DNA from: an uncultured Gammaproteobacteria bacterium
GTDB taxonomy: Bacteria; Pseudomonadota; Gammaproteobacteria; Xanthomonadales; SZUA-36
DNA: 64,000 nucleotides
Assembly (NCBI GenBank): GCA_963774415.1
Contig: CAVZEU010000005.1
Coordinates: forward strand, 45,742-109,741
Direction of reading: 5' to 3'
The notes beneath the pieces were generated by a model. It searched no databases, was not told the origin of the DNA, and saw only the letters and a list, made by a program, of their open reading frames with translations. Of the stretch, positions 44,238-53,323 are shown one piece after another (the stretch's first letter is position 1; every line of letters starts with the position of its first letter). The translations under genes and the position numbers were made by a program.

Positions 44238-46259
44238 TTAGAACCGATACCGCAGTGTCAGTTGATATTCGTCTTCGTTGATTGCCATGCCGATCGGACC
44301 GGCACGGAACCGCCCGAGTGGCTCGTATCCGCTCAGGCCCAGGCTGCTGTAGGGGCTGAAGCACGCCGGCGAGCCGGCAGCGGCGAGCGGTGGTGCACAG
44401 GTATAAGGTGGAAAGATATTGGCGCCGCGATCATCGTCGAACGCCCTGGCGCCGGTGCCGAACTTGAAATTCAGCGCTGCCGTCAGACGCCAGTTGTTGT
44501 TGATCTTCCAGTCCACCGACGGCGAAACCGCGCCTGCGTGGGCGCCAAAATCATACGCTGACAGGATCTGCGGCGTAATCGTGTCGCTGCGGTAATTGCC
44601 CTGGAACAGGAAGGTCGCGATGTAGTTGTTCTTCCAGTCCACCATGCCGACCTTGGACAGGGTCGGCATACCCTGCGCGTTCACGGTCTGCAGTTCGTGA
44701 TCCATCAGGTGCTGTCCGAAAACCTGCAGCGAAAGCAGGAACGCGCGGTCCTTGTTCAAAAACGGAATGAACGTCGGCCGGTCGATACCGATGACCCAAC
44801 GGATGACGTCCGACTTCGAGTACAGCCTTTGCCGGAGCGTATTCGGAAATTCTTCGCCGGAAGTGTGAGAGACCTCGACGCGGATCGCGGATTTCATCGG
44901 TTCGACGTAGAAGTCCGCGGAAGCACCGACCATCGTCAGGCGCGGGAAAGCGATGTCAAAGGCGATGTTGTAGGGATAGAACTGAGACTCCACGGGGGGC
45001 GTGAACGGGTTGTCCGCGGGGATACCACCCCTGAGCGAAGGCATTTGCGAAGTGTAGCGCAGGTAGTTCAGTGAGAAACCGACACCATGCAGCACGCCTT
45101 CGACACGGAAACCGACGTCCTTGCCATGATTCGTATCCGGCAGGTCTGCCTGGCGGATACCGATCGAATGCGCCGGAAAATCGACCGCCAGGCCGGTATC
45201 CGGGAAATTCCAGACCGTACAGCCATTGTCCCAGCAGTTATTCATGGCGCGGAAGAAATTACCGGCACCGAGAATGGCGTAGGGAACTCCGCCCTGGCCG
45301 AGGATATTGGGACGGAATTTTTCAAATTTCCAGATGAACTGGAAGTTCAGGTCTTCGAACGGCCCGGTCGCCCCGGAGCGGAACTCGGTATTGAGGATAC
45401 CCATCGGGATACGGATGTCTTCCAGCTCGTCATAGATGTTTTGACGGGAAAAGTTGACCGGGTTGATGACGTCCAGCACCCGGAACAGGTCGGTCCGGCC
45501 CCAAACCACCTGTTGCCGGCCAATCCGGAATCCGAGTTCACGGCCGCTGTCGAACGGGACCGTCGCAGTCAGGTAGAGCTCGCGTATGAAATCCAGCCGG
45601 TCGTTGAAATCTGGGTAACGCAGGTTGTTAAGGCTGTCGTCCATGTAACCGTCGATGCAACCGCGCGGATCGATGTTGCACGGCCGTTTCGGATAGGCCA
45701 TGACGATGCCGCCTTTCTGGAAATGATGGACGTCTTCCCCGAGCAGGCCCATCCCTTCGTTGGGGTTGTCGGTGCCGATATAACCACCCGGCACACCCGG
45801 CAGCGGTATGGCCCCGGTTGCGGTCGGGGGCGGGAAGACACCGGCATAAGAAGGATTGGTCGACGGCGGAAACGGCGGTGTGTTCGGGTTACCGGTTGCC
45901 AGTATCCCGAAGAATGCCGGGTTGCCGGGGGCCGCGTAACTGACCGAGCGGCCGGCGTTCTTGCCGAATTCGTCGTCGTTAAGGTCATAGACGGCGTCAT
46001 AGGTGCCACGGAACGTGGCGTGGACCGACAAGTCCGTGAACATGCCCGTGGACTGGAACGCCCGGTCCAATTCCAACTGGACCGTCGAGCGTGACTTTGT
46101 CAGCCCGACCCCGTGATCGCGGACAAAGGTTGCATTTTCGATGAAGCCACGGACCTCTGTATCTTCTGCCTGCGCCTGCGCGATGAACAGTAAGGGAGCG
46201 ACAAAACAGATGAGGACAAACCGCCCTGCAGTGTATAGAACTGTGCTCTTGTAATTCAC
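44238..46259 (-). CDS. DUF1302-family predicted outer-membrane beta-barrel protein, module 2
   Basis: 673 aa. GTG start 2 nt after the RND stop with GAGGAA upstream. Signal peptide (FVLICFVAPLLFIAQAQA). RIGRQQVVWGRTDLFRVLDVINPVN parallels copy 1. C-terminal LTLRYRF. Confidence 0.85.
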   Translation of the reverse strand: MNYKSTVLYTAGRFVLICFVAPLLFIAQAQAEDTEVRGFIENATFVRDHGVGLTKSRSTVQLELDRAFQSTGMFTDLSVHATFRGTYDAVYDLNDDEFGKNAGRSVSYAAPGNPAFFGILATGNPNTPPFPPSTNPSYAGVFPPPTATGAIPLPGVPGGYIGTDNPNEGMGLLGEDVHHFQKGGIVMAYPKRPCNIDPRGCIDGYMDDSLNNLRYPDFNDRLDFIRELYLTATVPFDSGRELGFRIGRQQVVWGRTDLFRVLDVINPVNFSRQNIYDELEDIRIPMGILNTEFRSGATGPFEDLNFQFIWKFEKFRPNILGQGGVPYAILGAGNFFRAMNNCWDNGCTVWNFPDTGLAVDFPAHSIGIRQADLPDTNHGKDVGFRVEGVLHGVGFSLNYLRYTSQMPSLRGGIPADNPFTPPVESQFYPYNIAFDIAFPRLTMVGASADFYVEPMKSAIRVEVSHTSGEEFPNTLRQRLYSKSDVIRWVIGIDRPTFIPFLNKDRAFLLSLQVFGQHLMDHELQTVNAQGMPTLSKVGMVDWKNNYIATFLFQGNYRSDTITPQILSAYDFGAHAGAVSPSVDWKINNNWRLTAALNFKFGTGARAFDDDRGANIFPPYTCAPPLAAAGSPACFSPYSSLGLSGYEPLGRFRAGPIGMAINEDEYQLTLRYRF

Positions 46260-46261
46260 TT

Positions 46262-48622
46262 CTATTCCTCCTGTTGGTCTTGTCTTGTAATAAACGCGGG
46301 TTCGAATTTTCTGACCCAGGCCGGCACCAGGAACATCGAAGCCAGCGCGTTGAGGGCCAGCATGACGATCAATAGTAAAGCCGCGTCAGCCTGGAATTTC
46401 AGATCGGAAACAAACACCCACATCATTACGCCGCCAATCAGCGTGGCAGCGGTAAAGCCGATGGCACGGCCGGTCGTTGCCAATGCCGTCTTGATGGCCT
46501 CATTGAACGCCAAATCGCTGCGGGCTTTACATTCCGTGCGTATGCGGTCCATCAGATAGATCGAGTAGTCGATACCCACGCCGATCCCCACCGCGATAAT
46601 CGGCACCGTGTTGACGTTGATCCCGATCCCGGTGAGACCCATGTAGGCGTACGTCAGAACGGTCGCGAAAGACATCGCGACCAACATGATCAGCCCCGCG
46701 TGGAATGACGAATAAAACGCGGCAACTGAAAGAAAAATAAGCAGAAATACCGCAGGTATGATAATCAGGTTGGTATGAAATGCGGCCTCGTTGATCGCGG
46801 CGTTGACGCCAATCGTGCCGCCCGCCAGTTTCAGTTCGAATCCCTCGACCGTGGCGCCGACCGTGTCTCTCCAGTGCTTCACCATTTCGATCGCGCGGCG
46901 TATGGTCCCGCCCTGGTGGTCCTTGTAATAGAACACCATGTTGGCGTTTTGCTCGTCGGTGTCGAGGAATTCGAGCAATGCTCCCTGCACCGGGCTGGAC
47001 ATCATGTACAAAAACATAAGACCGCCTACCAGACTCGGATCGTCCGGCACACTGAACCATCTGGGGTCATTATAGTGCGTGATGCGGTTGACCGCCCGGA
47101 TCAGGTCCGGCAGCCCCTTGGTGCCGCCGAGCATCGGGTCCAGCAGCATGTAGGCCTGCAGGTCGGCCAATGCCTTGATCACCTCGGGCCGCTTGAGACC
47201 GCCTTTCTTGGCCGTGTGAGCGATCACGTATAGCTCTTCGGAGCCCGGGAACGATTCATTGATGACCTTGGAGGACACGTTGTAGTCATGGTCCTCGTAC
47301 AGCAACGGTGAGCCCGGTTCGGTCTCGCCGATCGTCACCCTGGAACTGGCGACGAGCGCCAACACGAACAGCACCGAGCAGACGGCAAGAACGACCGTGG
47401 GCGCGCGCGGGCGGGTGACTTTGTCGGCAACGAACTTGAACATCCTGTCGATGGAACCGGTATGCCGCGGCTTGTCGGCCGGTGTAGGCAGCAACTGCAG
47501 GATACTCGGAACCGTGATAATGACGGTGAAAATGACCGACAGCGCCCAGAAGCACGCGTAAACGGCGAGCTTGTCATTGATCGGCACCGACCCGACCGAG
47601 ATCAGCAAGAGGCCGATCGCGTCGGAAATGACGCCCAGGGAGCCGGGCCTGAACAAATTCGAAAACGCAAGGTGAGCGGCAAATTTTCCATCGTGGCCGG
47701 CGGCGATTTCCTGGTAGTAGCGCTCGACCATCTGGATACCATGAGACATGGCCCGCGCGGATATCAGGAACGGCACCACCAACATCAGCGGATCCAGGTT
47801 GTAACCGAGGTACGACAGCGTACCCAGACCCCAGATCGAGGTCAGCAGGATGCCGATGACCGGCAGCACGATCCCGTAAAGGCGCCGGAAATGGATGATC
47901 AGCAGCCCCAGCATGATGACAACGGTCAGCAGGAAAATCGTGATGATCTGGTTGGCGTAACTGGTGACCCATCCGACCAGCATAGGCTGGCCCGTTGCGT
48001 AAATCTTGGTATCCGGCGTTGTCTCTTTCTTGCGCAGGGCCTGCACCTGGTCAAATACTTTCTGGTAGTCGAGCGCGCCTTCGTTCAATGTGCCCCTTAC
48101 CAGCGCAGATTTCAGGTCGGGTGAAACCAGCAGGCCGAAGACACGCGGGTCCGCCAGCACATCGTTCTTGATCTGTTCGAGTTCGGTGTCGGTGTACCCG
48201 CCCTTCAGGGGATCGTAGAAGGGAGAGGACTTCACGGTGCCTTCACCGCTCAACCAGACCTTGCGCACGTTACGGTGCGTCAGGCTCGTGACGAGGTTGT
48301 GGTTGATGCCGCCGAGTGCATCGACCGCCATCGTAATGCGGTGAATCCGGTCCAGCGTCTCGTTGGTGAAGATCGTGCCCTTGTCGACCTTGACCGCGAT
48401 CATGATATTGTTGGCGCCGCCGAAGGTGTCCCTGATCTCATTGTGCAGCTTGATATAGGGGTGGTCCTGGGGCAACAGGTCGGCAAAGTCCGAGACCATG
48501 CGCACCATCGGCACACGGACCGCAAATACCGCCGTTATCAACGCGATGATGAGCAAGGTACTCCTGGGATGTCTCCAGACAAGTTCCACGAAGCGGTTCA
48601 GGATGCGGCTGAAGCTAATCAT
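46262..48622 (-). CDS. RND-superfamily (MMPL/HpnN-like) inner-membrane transporter, module 2
   Basis: 786 aa with 12 TM in two bundles. FGGANNIMIAV, GIDYSIYLMDRI and LKFQADAALLLIV parallel copy 1. The start overlaps the BNR stop by 8 nt (ATGATTAG). Confidence 0.85.
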   Translation of the reverse strand: MISFSRILNRFVELVWRHPRSTLLIIALITAVFAVRVPMVRMVSDFADLLPQDHPYIKLHNEIRDTFGGANNIMIAVKVDKGTIFTNETLDRIHRITMAVDALGGINHNLVTSLTHRNVRKVWLSGEGTVKSSPFYDPLKGGYTDTELEQIKNDVLADPRVFGLLVSPDLKSALVRGTLNEGALDYQKVFDQVQALRKKETTPDTKIYATGQPMLVGWVTSYANQIITIFLLTVVIMLGLLIIHFRRLYGIVLPVIGILLTSIWGLGTLSYLGYNLDPLMLVVPFLISARAMSHGIQMVERYYQEIAAGHDGKFAAHLAFSNLFRPGSLGVISDAIGLLLISVGSVPINDKLAVYACFWALSVIFTVIITVPSILQLLPTPADKPRHTGSIDRMFKFVADKVTRPRAPTVVLAVCSVLFVLALVASSRVTIGETEPGSPLLYEDHDYNVSSKVINESFPGSEELYVIAHTAKKGGLKRPEVIKALADLQAYMLLDPMLGGTKGLPDLIRAVNRITHYNDPRWFSVPDDPSLVGGLMFLYMMSSPVQGALLEFLDTDEQNANMVFYYKDHQGGTIRRAIEMVKHWRDTVGATVEGFELKLAGGTIGVNAAINEAAFHTNLIIIPAVFLLIFLSVAAFYSSFHAGLIMLVAMSFATVLTYAYMGLTGIGINVNTVPIIAVGIGVGIDYSIYLMDRIRTECKARSDLAFNEAIKTALATTGRAIGFTAATLIGGVMMWVFVSDLKFQADAALLLIVMLALNALASMFLVPAWVRKFEPAFITRQDQQEE

Positions 48623-49661
48623 TGTTCGTCTCCGCGTTCTTCTCCGCGCTTGGCAGCGGTTTCGAGTCCGGGATCGTTACCGGCAACAGCGACCCGCCGC
48701 CGCCGGCGGCGATAAAATGGCTGCGGTCCAGCCCGATAACCCCGCGCAGATAGGTCCGCGACATCACCGTCTGGCCCAACGGCCCCCAGGTACCGTCTTC
48801 GAGCCGCGAAACCAGGATAATGGTGTTGTCACCGACGGCGACGAGCGTGTCGCCGAAACCGGTGATCCCGTAGAGCGGCGTGGTGATGCCGCTCGGCACC
48901 TCGTTCCACGTCTGCGCCGCGTCGGTGGTTTTCCAGATCGTACCGCTGAGGCCCACCACCCAACCGGTGGAGGCGTCCTTGAAATAGGCGCTTTGCGGGT
49001 AAAAGCTGTTCGGCAGTTCGGTGGCTCGCTGCCAGCTTACGCCCCCATCCTCGGAAACCAGCACGGTGCCGAATTCACCGGTCGCGAAAGCGTGCTGCTC
49101 ATCGAGAAATTGAATCGTTGTCAGGTACAGGTCGTCATCCAGCGACCAGCTGTCCCAGCTCGCTCCCTTGTCCAGGGAATGCAGGATCGTGCTGAAGCCG
49201 CCGACCACCCACAATACACCGTCCGGGTTGCAGGTCAGCGCCTGCGGTTCGGTACCCTCGGGCAAGGGCTGGCGGCTCCACTTGCCACCTTCCTGCAAAG
49301 ACCAGATGCCGTCGGTCTTGTCGATCGCGTAGAAGGCGCCATCCGCACAGGCGGTCACGTCGACCAGGTACGGCCGGCCAGCGAGCGTCGTGCTGCGCCA
49401 CTGTTTGCCGCCGTCCGCGGATTGCACGACCGAGCCCATACCGCCGACGACCACGACCTGGTCCTTGAAGCGCGCGATCGCCTGGAACAGGTCCGAACGA
49501 TGCGTGGGCTTGGCCTTTTCCGCGGCCACGCCCGACAGATCGAGCGGCGCCTCGCAGCCGGTAAGCAGGAAAACGAAAGCAATCAGAGCGGCTGCCGATG
49601 ATCCGGCACGAAAAAATGCTGGGGCCCGACGGGCCCGCGGTGCTCTGGTCAAACTACCCAT
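48615..49661 (-). CDS. Ycf48-like / BNR-repeat beta-propeller lipoprotein, module 2
   Basis: 348 aa. Lipobox (FVFLLTG|C). Asp-box-like repeats: SADGGKQWR, SLDKGASWD, SEDGGVSWQ, TTDAAQTWN. First gene of the operon. Confidence 0.8.
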   Translation of the reverse strand: MGSLTRAPRARRAPAFFRAGSSAAALIAFVFLLTGCEAPLDLSGVAAEKAKPTHRSDLFQAIARFKDQVVVVGGMGSVVQSADGGKQWRSTTLAGRPYLVDVTACADGAFYAIDKTDGIWSLQEGGKWSRQPLPEGTEPQALTCNPDGVLWVVGGFSTILHSLDKGASWDSWSLDDDLYLTTIQFLDEQHAFATGEFGTVLVSEDGGVSWQRATELPNSFYPQSAYFKDASTGWVVGLSGTIWKTTDAAQTWNEVPSGITTPLYGITGFGDTLVAVGDNTIILVSRLEDGTWGPLGQTVMSRTYLRGVIGLDRSHFIAAGGGGSLLPVTIPDSKPLPSAEKNAETNND

Positions 49662-49731
49662 GTGACCGTCCCCATGCGTATCTCAGGATACGCGCTATCT
49701 GCTTTAGCAACAAAGCTTAAGCGAAATTCAG

Positions 49732-49778
49732 ATTATAGTTTAAGCTTAAATTATAACAAATAGTAATTTAATTGACAT
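49732..49778 (-). promoter_or_regulatory. Candidate sigma70 promoter(s) with embedded 12-bp palindrome, upstream of module-2 operon
   Basis: On the minus strand there are two exact TATAAT hexamers (plus-strand 49750-55 and 49732-37). They flank the perfect palindrome TTTAAGCTTAAA (49739-50). ATGTCA (4/6 to TTGACA) lies 17 nt upstream of the distal -10. The segment sits in a 22 percent GC stretch (13 G/C in 49721-49780). Confidence 0.4.
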
Positions 49779-49905
49779 TGAATAGCGGCATTTGATTGTG
49801 AGAGCGTAATGCTTGATTGCCAGAGCGGAAAATCCTGCAACGACCCCTTTGCGGGGGCAACTCCGGACCTGCCGGCAGCGGCGAGCCGCCGCCCCGACTG
49901 GCCCC

Positions 49906-51549
49906 CTACTGGATGCGCTCGAGCAGCGCGGTGAAGCGCTTATCCGAACGCAGCGCGTCGAGGTCCGAGTCCGTTTCCAGCCACGCCCGGTCGCCCCAGC
50001 CGCGGTCGACGGCCTGGCCCAGCAAATCGAGGGCCCGATCGAGGTCCCCGCGCAACGTATAGAAGCAGGCAACGTTGTAGAGGACCAGTGGCTCATCCGC
50101 CCCGCGCTTGAGCGCCTCCTCGGCCATTTCCTGGCCGCGCTCGAATTCGCCCACATTGCTGTACTGGTTGGCGGCGATACAGAGCGTGCGGGTATCGTCC
50201 GGGTTCATCTTCAGGTGACGTTCCATCAATTCGATGGAAGCCAGCCGCGCCTTCATTTCCTCGTGCCGCCGGCCCAGCGAGGAATACGCCTGGGCCAGGA
50301 ACGCCACCGGCTGCGGATCGGCCGGGTTCACCTCGGCCGCCTTGCGGTACATGGCGACCGCGCGCTCGAACTGGCCGTGCGAAGCATACGCCAGACCTGA
50401 GTAATAATAGGCTTCGAACAGGTTGGGGTTGAGTTCGATGGCCCGCTCGAATTCGCGCTCCGCATCCGGGTACTGCTCATTGATGAACAGCGCCAGCCCG
50501 CGCGAGGCGCGCGCCTCGGCGGAATCCGGGTCCATCGCAACCGCCTTTTCACTGTATTCCAGCGCCCTGGCCGCGATCTCCCTGCTGCCGTCGGCGTAAC
50601 GATACATGTGGGAATAGGCGTCGGCGATCCCGGCGAAAGCCAGCGCGTATTTGGCGTCCAGGTCGATCGCCTTCTTGTACATGGCGATCGCGTGTTCATA
50701 GTCCCGCTTGGTCATCGTGTACATATAACTGCGGCCACGCAGGTAGTAATCGTAGGCGCCGGCGTCCGCGGTGGCGACGTTCTGGATGGAACGCCGCTCC
50801 TTCGGTGTCAGGGTCATTTCCAAGGCATCGACGATGCTTTGTGCGATATCGTCCTGGATCGCGAATACGTCCTTCATCTCGCGGTCATAGGTTTCCGACC
50901 ACAGGTGCGAGTCGGTGGTGGCGTCGATCAACTGGGCGGTGATCCTGACGCGCCCGCCGGCGCGCCGTATGCTGCCTTCGAGCACCGTCTCGACGCCCAG
51001 TTCGCGGGCGACGTTCGGAATGCTGGCCTCCTTGCCTTTGAAAAGGAACGATGAAGTGCGCGATGCCACCCGCAACTGCGGCAACTTGACCAGCAGGTTC
51101 AGGATTTCCTCGGACATACCGTCGCTGAAGTACTCGTTCTCCTTGTCATCGCTCATATTGACGAACGGCAGGACGGCGATGGACTTGCGCCGGTCACCGC
51201 TGGCGGCCGCGGGCGCCGCGGTCTCGGCAACAACCGCCGCCGTGGGGCCGGCGGCCGGCTCGGGCTCATTTTCCGGGGGACTGGTTTTGGGCTTCTCGGG
51301 AACGATGTCGAAGGCCCAGGCCAGCGTCGCCGCGATAAAGAAGCCGAGCACCACCAGTGCGGTAACCAGCGTGACCGTCCAGGTCGGCAGGTTCAGGTTG
51401 GGCAAAACGGTGGAAGCCACCTCGATGACGACCCAGCCCGCAATGGCGTAGAGGACAACGACCCGGACCACGCGGCGCCGCTTGAGTTCGGACCAAAAAC
51501 TGGCCGCCGCTATTTTTTCCGGCGACTCGTCCATCGGCATCAGCTCCAA
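49906..51549 (-). CDS. Membrane-anchored TPR-repeat protein with TolB-N-like periplasmic domain
   Basis: 547 aa. SFWSELKRRRVVRVVVLYAIAGWVVIEV anchor and IAVLPFVNMSDDKENEYFSDGMSEEI domain, then several TPR units (AYYYSGLAYASHGQFERAVAMYRKAAEVNP and similar). Confidence 0.8.
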   Translation of the reverse strand: MELMPMDESPEKIAAASFWSELKRRRVVRVVVLYAIAGWVVIEVASTVLPNLNLPTWTVTLVTALVVLGFFIAATLAWAFDIVPEKPKTSPPENEPEPAAGPTAAVVAETAAPAAASGDRRKSIAVLPFVNMSDDKENEYFSDGMSEEILNLLVKLPQLRVASRTSSFLFKGKEASIPNVARELGVETVLEGSIRRAGGRVRITAQLIDATTDSHLWSETYDREMKDVFAIQDDIAQSIVDALEMTLTPKERRSIQNVATADAGAYDYYLRGRSYMYTMTKRDYEHAIAMYKKAIDLDAKYALAFAGIADAYSHMYRYADGSREIAARALEYSEKAVAMDPDSAEARASRGLALFINEQYPDAEREFERAIELNPNLFEAYYYSGLAYASHGQFERAVAMYRKAAEVNPADPQPVAFLAQAYSSLGRRHEEMKARLASIELMERHLKMNPDDTRTLCIAANQYSNVGEFERGQEMAEEALKRGADEPLVLYNVACFYTLRGDLDRALDLLGQAVDRGWGDRAWLETDSDLDALRSDKRFTALLERIQ

Positions 51550-51839
51550 CTCCCGTCGACATTAAGAAGCCTGAATCATACAGGAAAGTCGGGAACCGGA
51601 GTCAAAACCGCTCGCGGCCGAACATTCATCGCCTCGGCGGCCCTGCCTCCACTGCAACCGGGCGCCCGACGCCGGCTTGCAACAGCGGATGCGTGGAAAG
51701 GCAGGCCGACAAGCCGCTGGAAGCGGCAGCCCGAGCCCGAACACGCGACCAGGCTTTGCTGGTACACGTTGCCCCCGGGCGGTAAAATAGACGGTCAGCA
51801 GGACGCCACCTCAAACAGCTTCCAGGGAAGACGAGAAGA

Positions 51840-53294
51840 GTGAATCATCAGCGTGACTACACCAGGAAAATCCTGGACACTTTCGAGCAAATCAGCCAGA
51901 TTCCCAGAGCTTCCAAAAAGGAACAAAAAATTGCCGAGTGGCTGCTGAACTGGGCCGCCGGCCATGGCTTCGAGGCCCGCAGCGACGCGGCCCTGAACGT
52001 CGTCATCGAGGTCCCGGCCAGCGACGGTTACGAAGACACGGAAACGCTGGTGTTGCAGGGCCACATGGACATGGTCTGCGAAAAGACCCGCGAATCCAGT
52101 CATGATTTCGACCACGATCCCATCGAATTGGTCTACCGCGAAGATGGCTGGCTCACGGCCAACCAGACGACGCTCGGCGCCGACAACGGCATCGCCCTGG
52201 CGATGGCCCTGGTCGCGGCCAGCGACGACGAACTGGAACATCCGCCGCTCGAACTCCTGTTCACGACCGACGAGGAGACCGGCCTCACCGGCGCCGATGC
52301 GCTCGAGCCCGGTTTTATCCGCGGCAAACAACTGCTGAACATCGATTCCGAGGACGAGGGCGTATTTACGATCGGCTGCTCCGGCGGCGAGGACGCCCGG
52401 GTGGCGCTGCCGTTCGCGGCGAGCGAGGTACTCCCCGGCTACCGTGCGGCCCGGCTGACGGCCACCGGCATGTCCGGCGGGCACTCGGGCATCGATATCG
52501 TTTACGAGCGCGCCAATGCCATCAAGCTACTGTTCGGCTGCATCCATTCAATCAGCCTGCGGTCCGATGTGCGTATCGCCACGGTTAGCGGAGGCACCTC
52601 CCGCAACGCGATACCGCGCGATGCCGAGGCCGTGTTGCTGCTCCCCGAGGCGGATTTCGCGGCCATGCAAGACCAGGTCACGGATTTCGGCGGCAAGCGG
52701 CAGGCGGAATACGCCAGCACCGACCCGGGCTTGCGCCTGACGCTGGAGGCCGACGCTGGCCGGCACGAGGCCGCCAGCGCCGAGGCGACGCGGCGGATCA
52801 TCGACACGATGTTGGTATTTCCTCACGGAATCGATGCCATGTCGAAAGACATCGAGGGCCTGGTGGAGACGTCCAACAACCTGGCCCGGATCAACATCAG
52901 CAACGGCAATCTGATCATTCTGTCCAACCAGAGAAGCTCCAACATGGACAGCCTCGCCGCGCTCGGTGAACGCATTCTCTCGGTGGCGCGCCTGGCCGGC
53001 GCCGAAGGCAAGCTCAGCGGCAGCTATACCGCCTGGCATCCCGATCCGGACTCGGCTCTGCTGGCCCGATGCGTTGCCGTGTATGAAAACCAGTTCGGCA
53101 GGAAACCCACCGTGGAAGCCATTCACGCGGGCCTGGAGTGCGGCATCATCGGTTCCAAGTATCCCGGGATGGAGATGATTTCATTCGGACCCACGATCAG
53201 GAATCCACATTCACCTGACGAGAAGATCGATATCGAGTCCATCGGCAAGGTCTGGGCGTTCATGGCGGCCTTGTTCGAATCCTACAAAAACTGA
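51840..53294 (+). CDS. pepD: Aminoacyl-histidine (Xaa-His) dipeptidase PepD, M20C
   Basis: 484 aa. By-eye colinear with E. coli PepD (LQGHMDMV, TTLGADNGIALA, EETGLTGA, NIDSEDEG, GGHSG, IHAGLECGI, ISFGPTIRNPHSPDE). GTG start. Confidence 0.9.
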   Translation: MNHQRDYTRKILDTFEQISQIPRASKKEQKIAEWLLNWAAGHGFEARSDAALNVVIEVPASDGYEDTETLVLQGHMDMVCEKTRESSHDFDHDPIELVYREDGWLTANQTTLGADNGIALAMALVAASDDELEHPPLELLFTTDEETGLTGADALEPGFIRGKQLLNIDSEDEGVFTIGCSGGEDARVALPFAASEVLPGYRAARLTATGMSGGHSGIDIVYERANAIKLLFGCIHSISLRSDVRIATVSGGTSRNAIPRDAEAVLLLPEADFAAMQDQVTDFGGKRQAEYASTDPGLRLTLEADAGRHEAASAEATRRIIDTMLVFPHGIDAMSKDIEGLVETSNNLARINISNGNLIILSNQRSSNMDSLAALGERILSVARLAGAEGKLSGSYTAWHPDPDSALLARCVAVYENQFGRKPTVEAIHAGLECGIIGSKYPGMEMISFGPTIRNPHSPDEKIDIESIGKVWAFMAALFESYKN

Positions 53295-53323
53295 GCCGGG
53301 TTCCGCCGGAGGGAAGCGCACGC

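Noticed and set aside
49772-49800. Exact TTGACA on the plus strand of the AT-rich island, as a promoter.
   Set aside because: The hexamer 17 nt downstream (ATTGTG) is a poor -10 element. No plus-strand gene follows, since the next gene (TPR) is on the minus strand.
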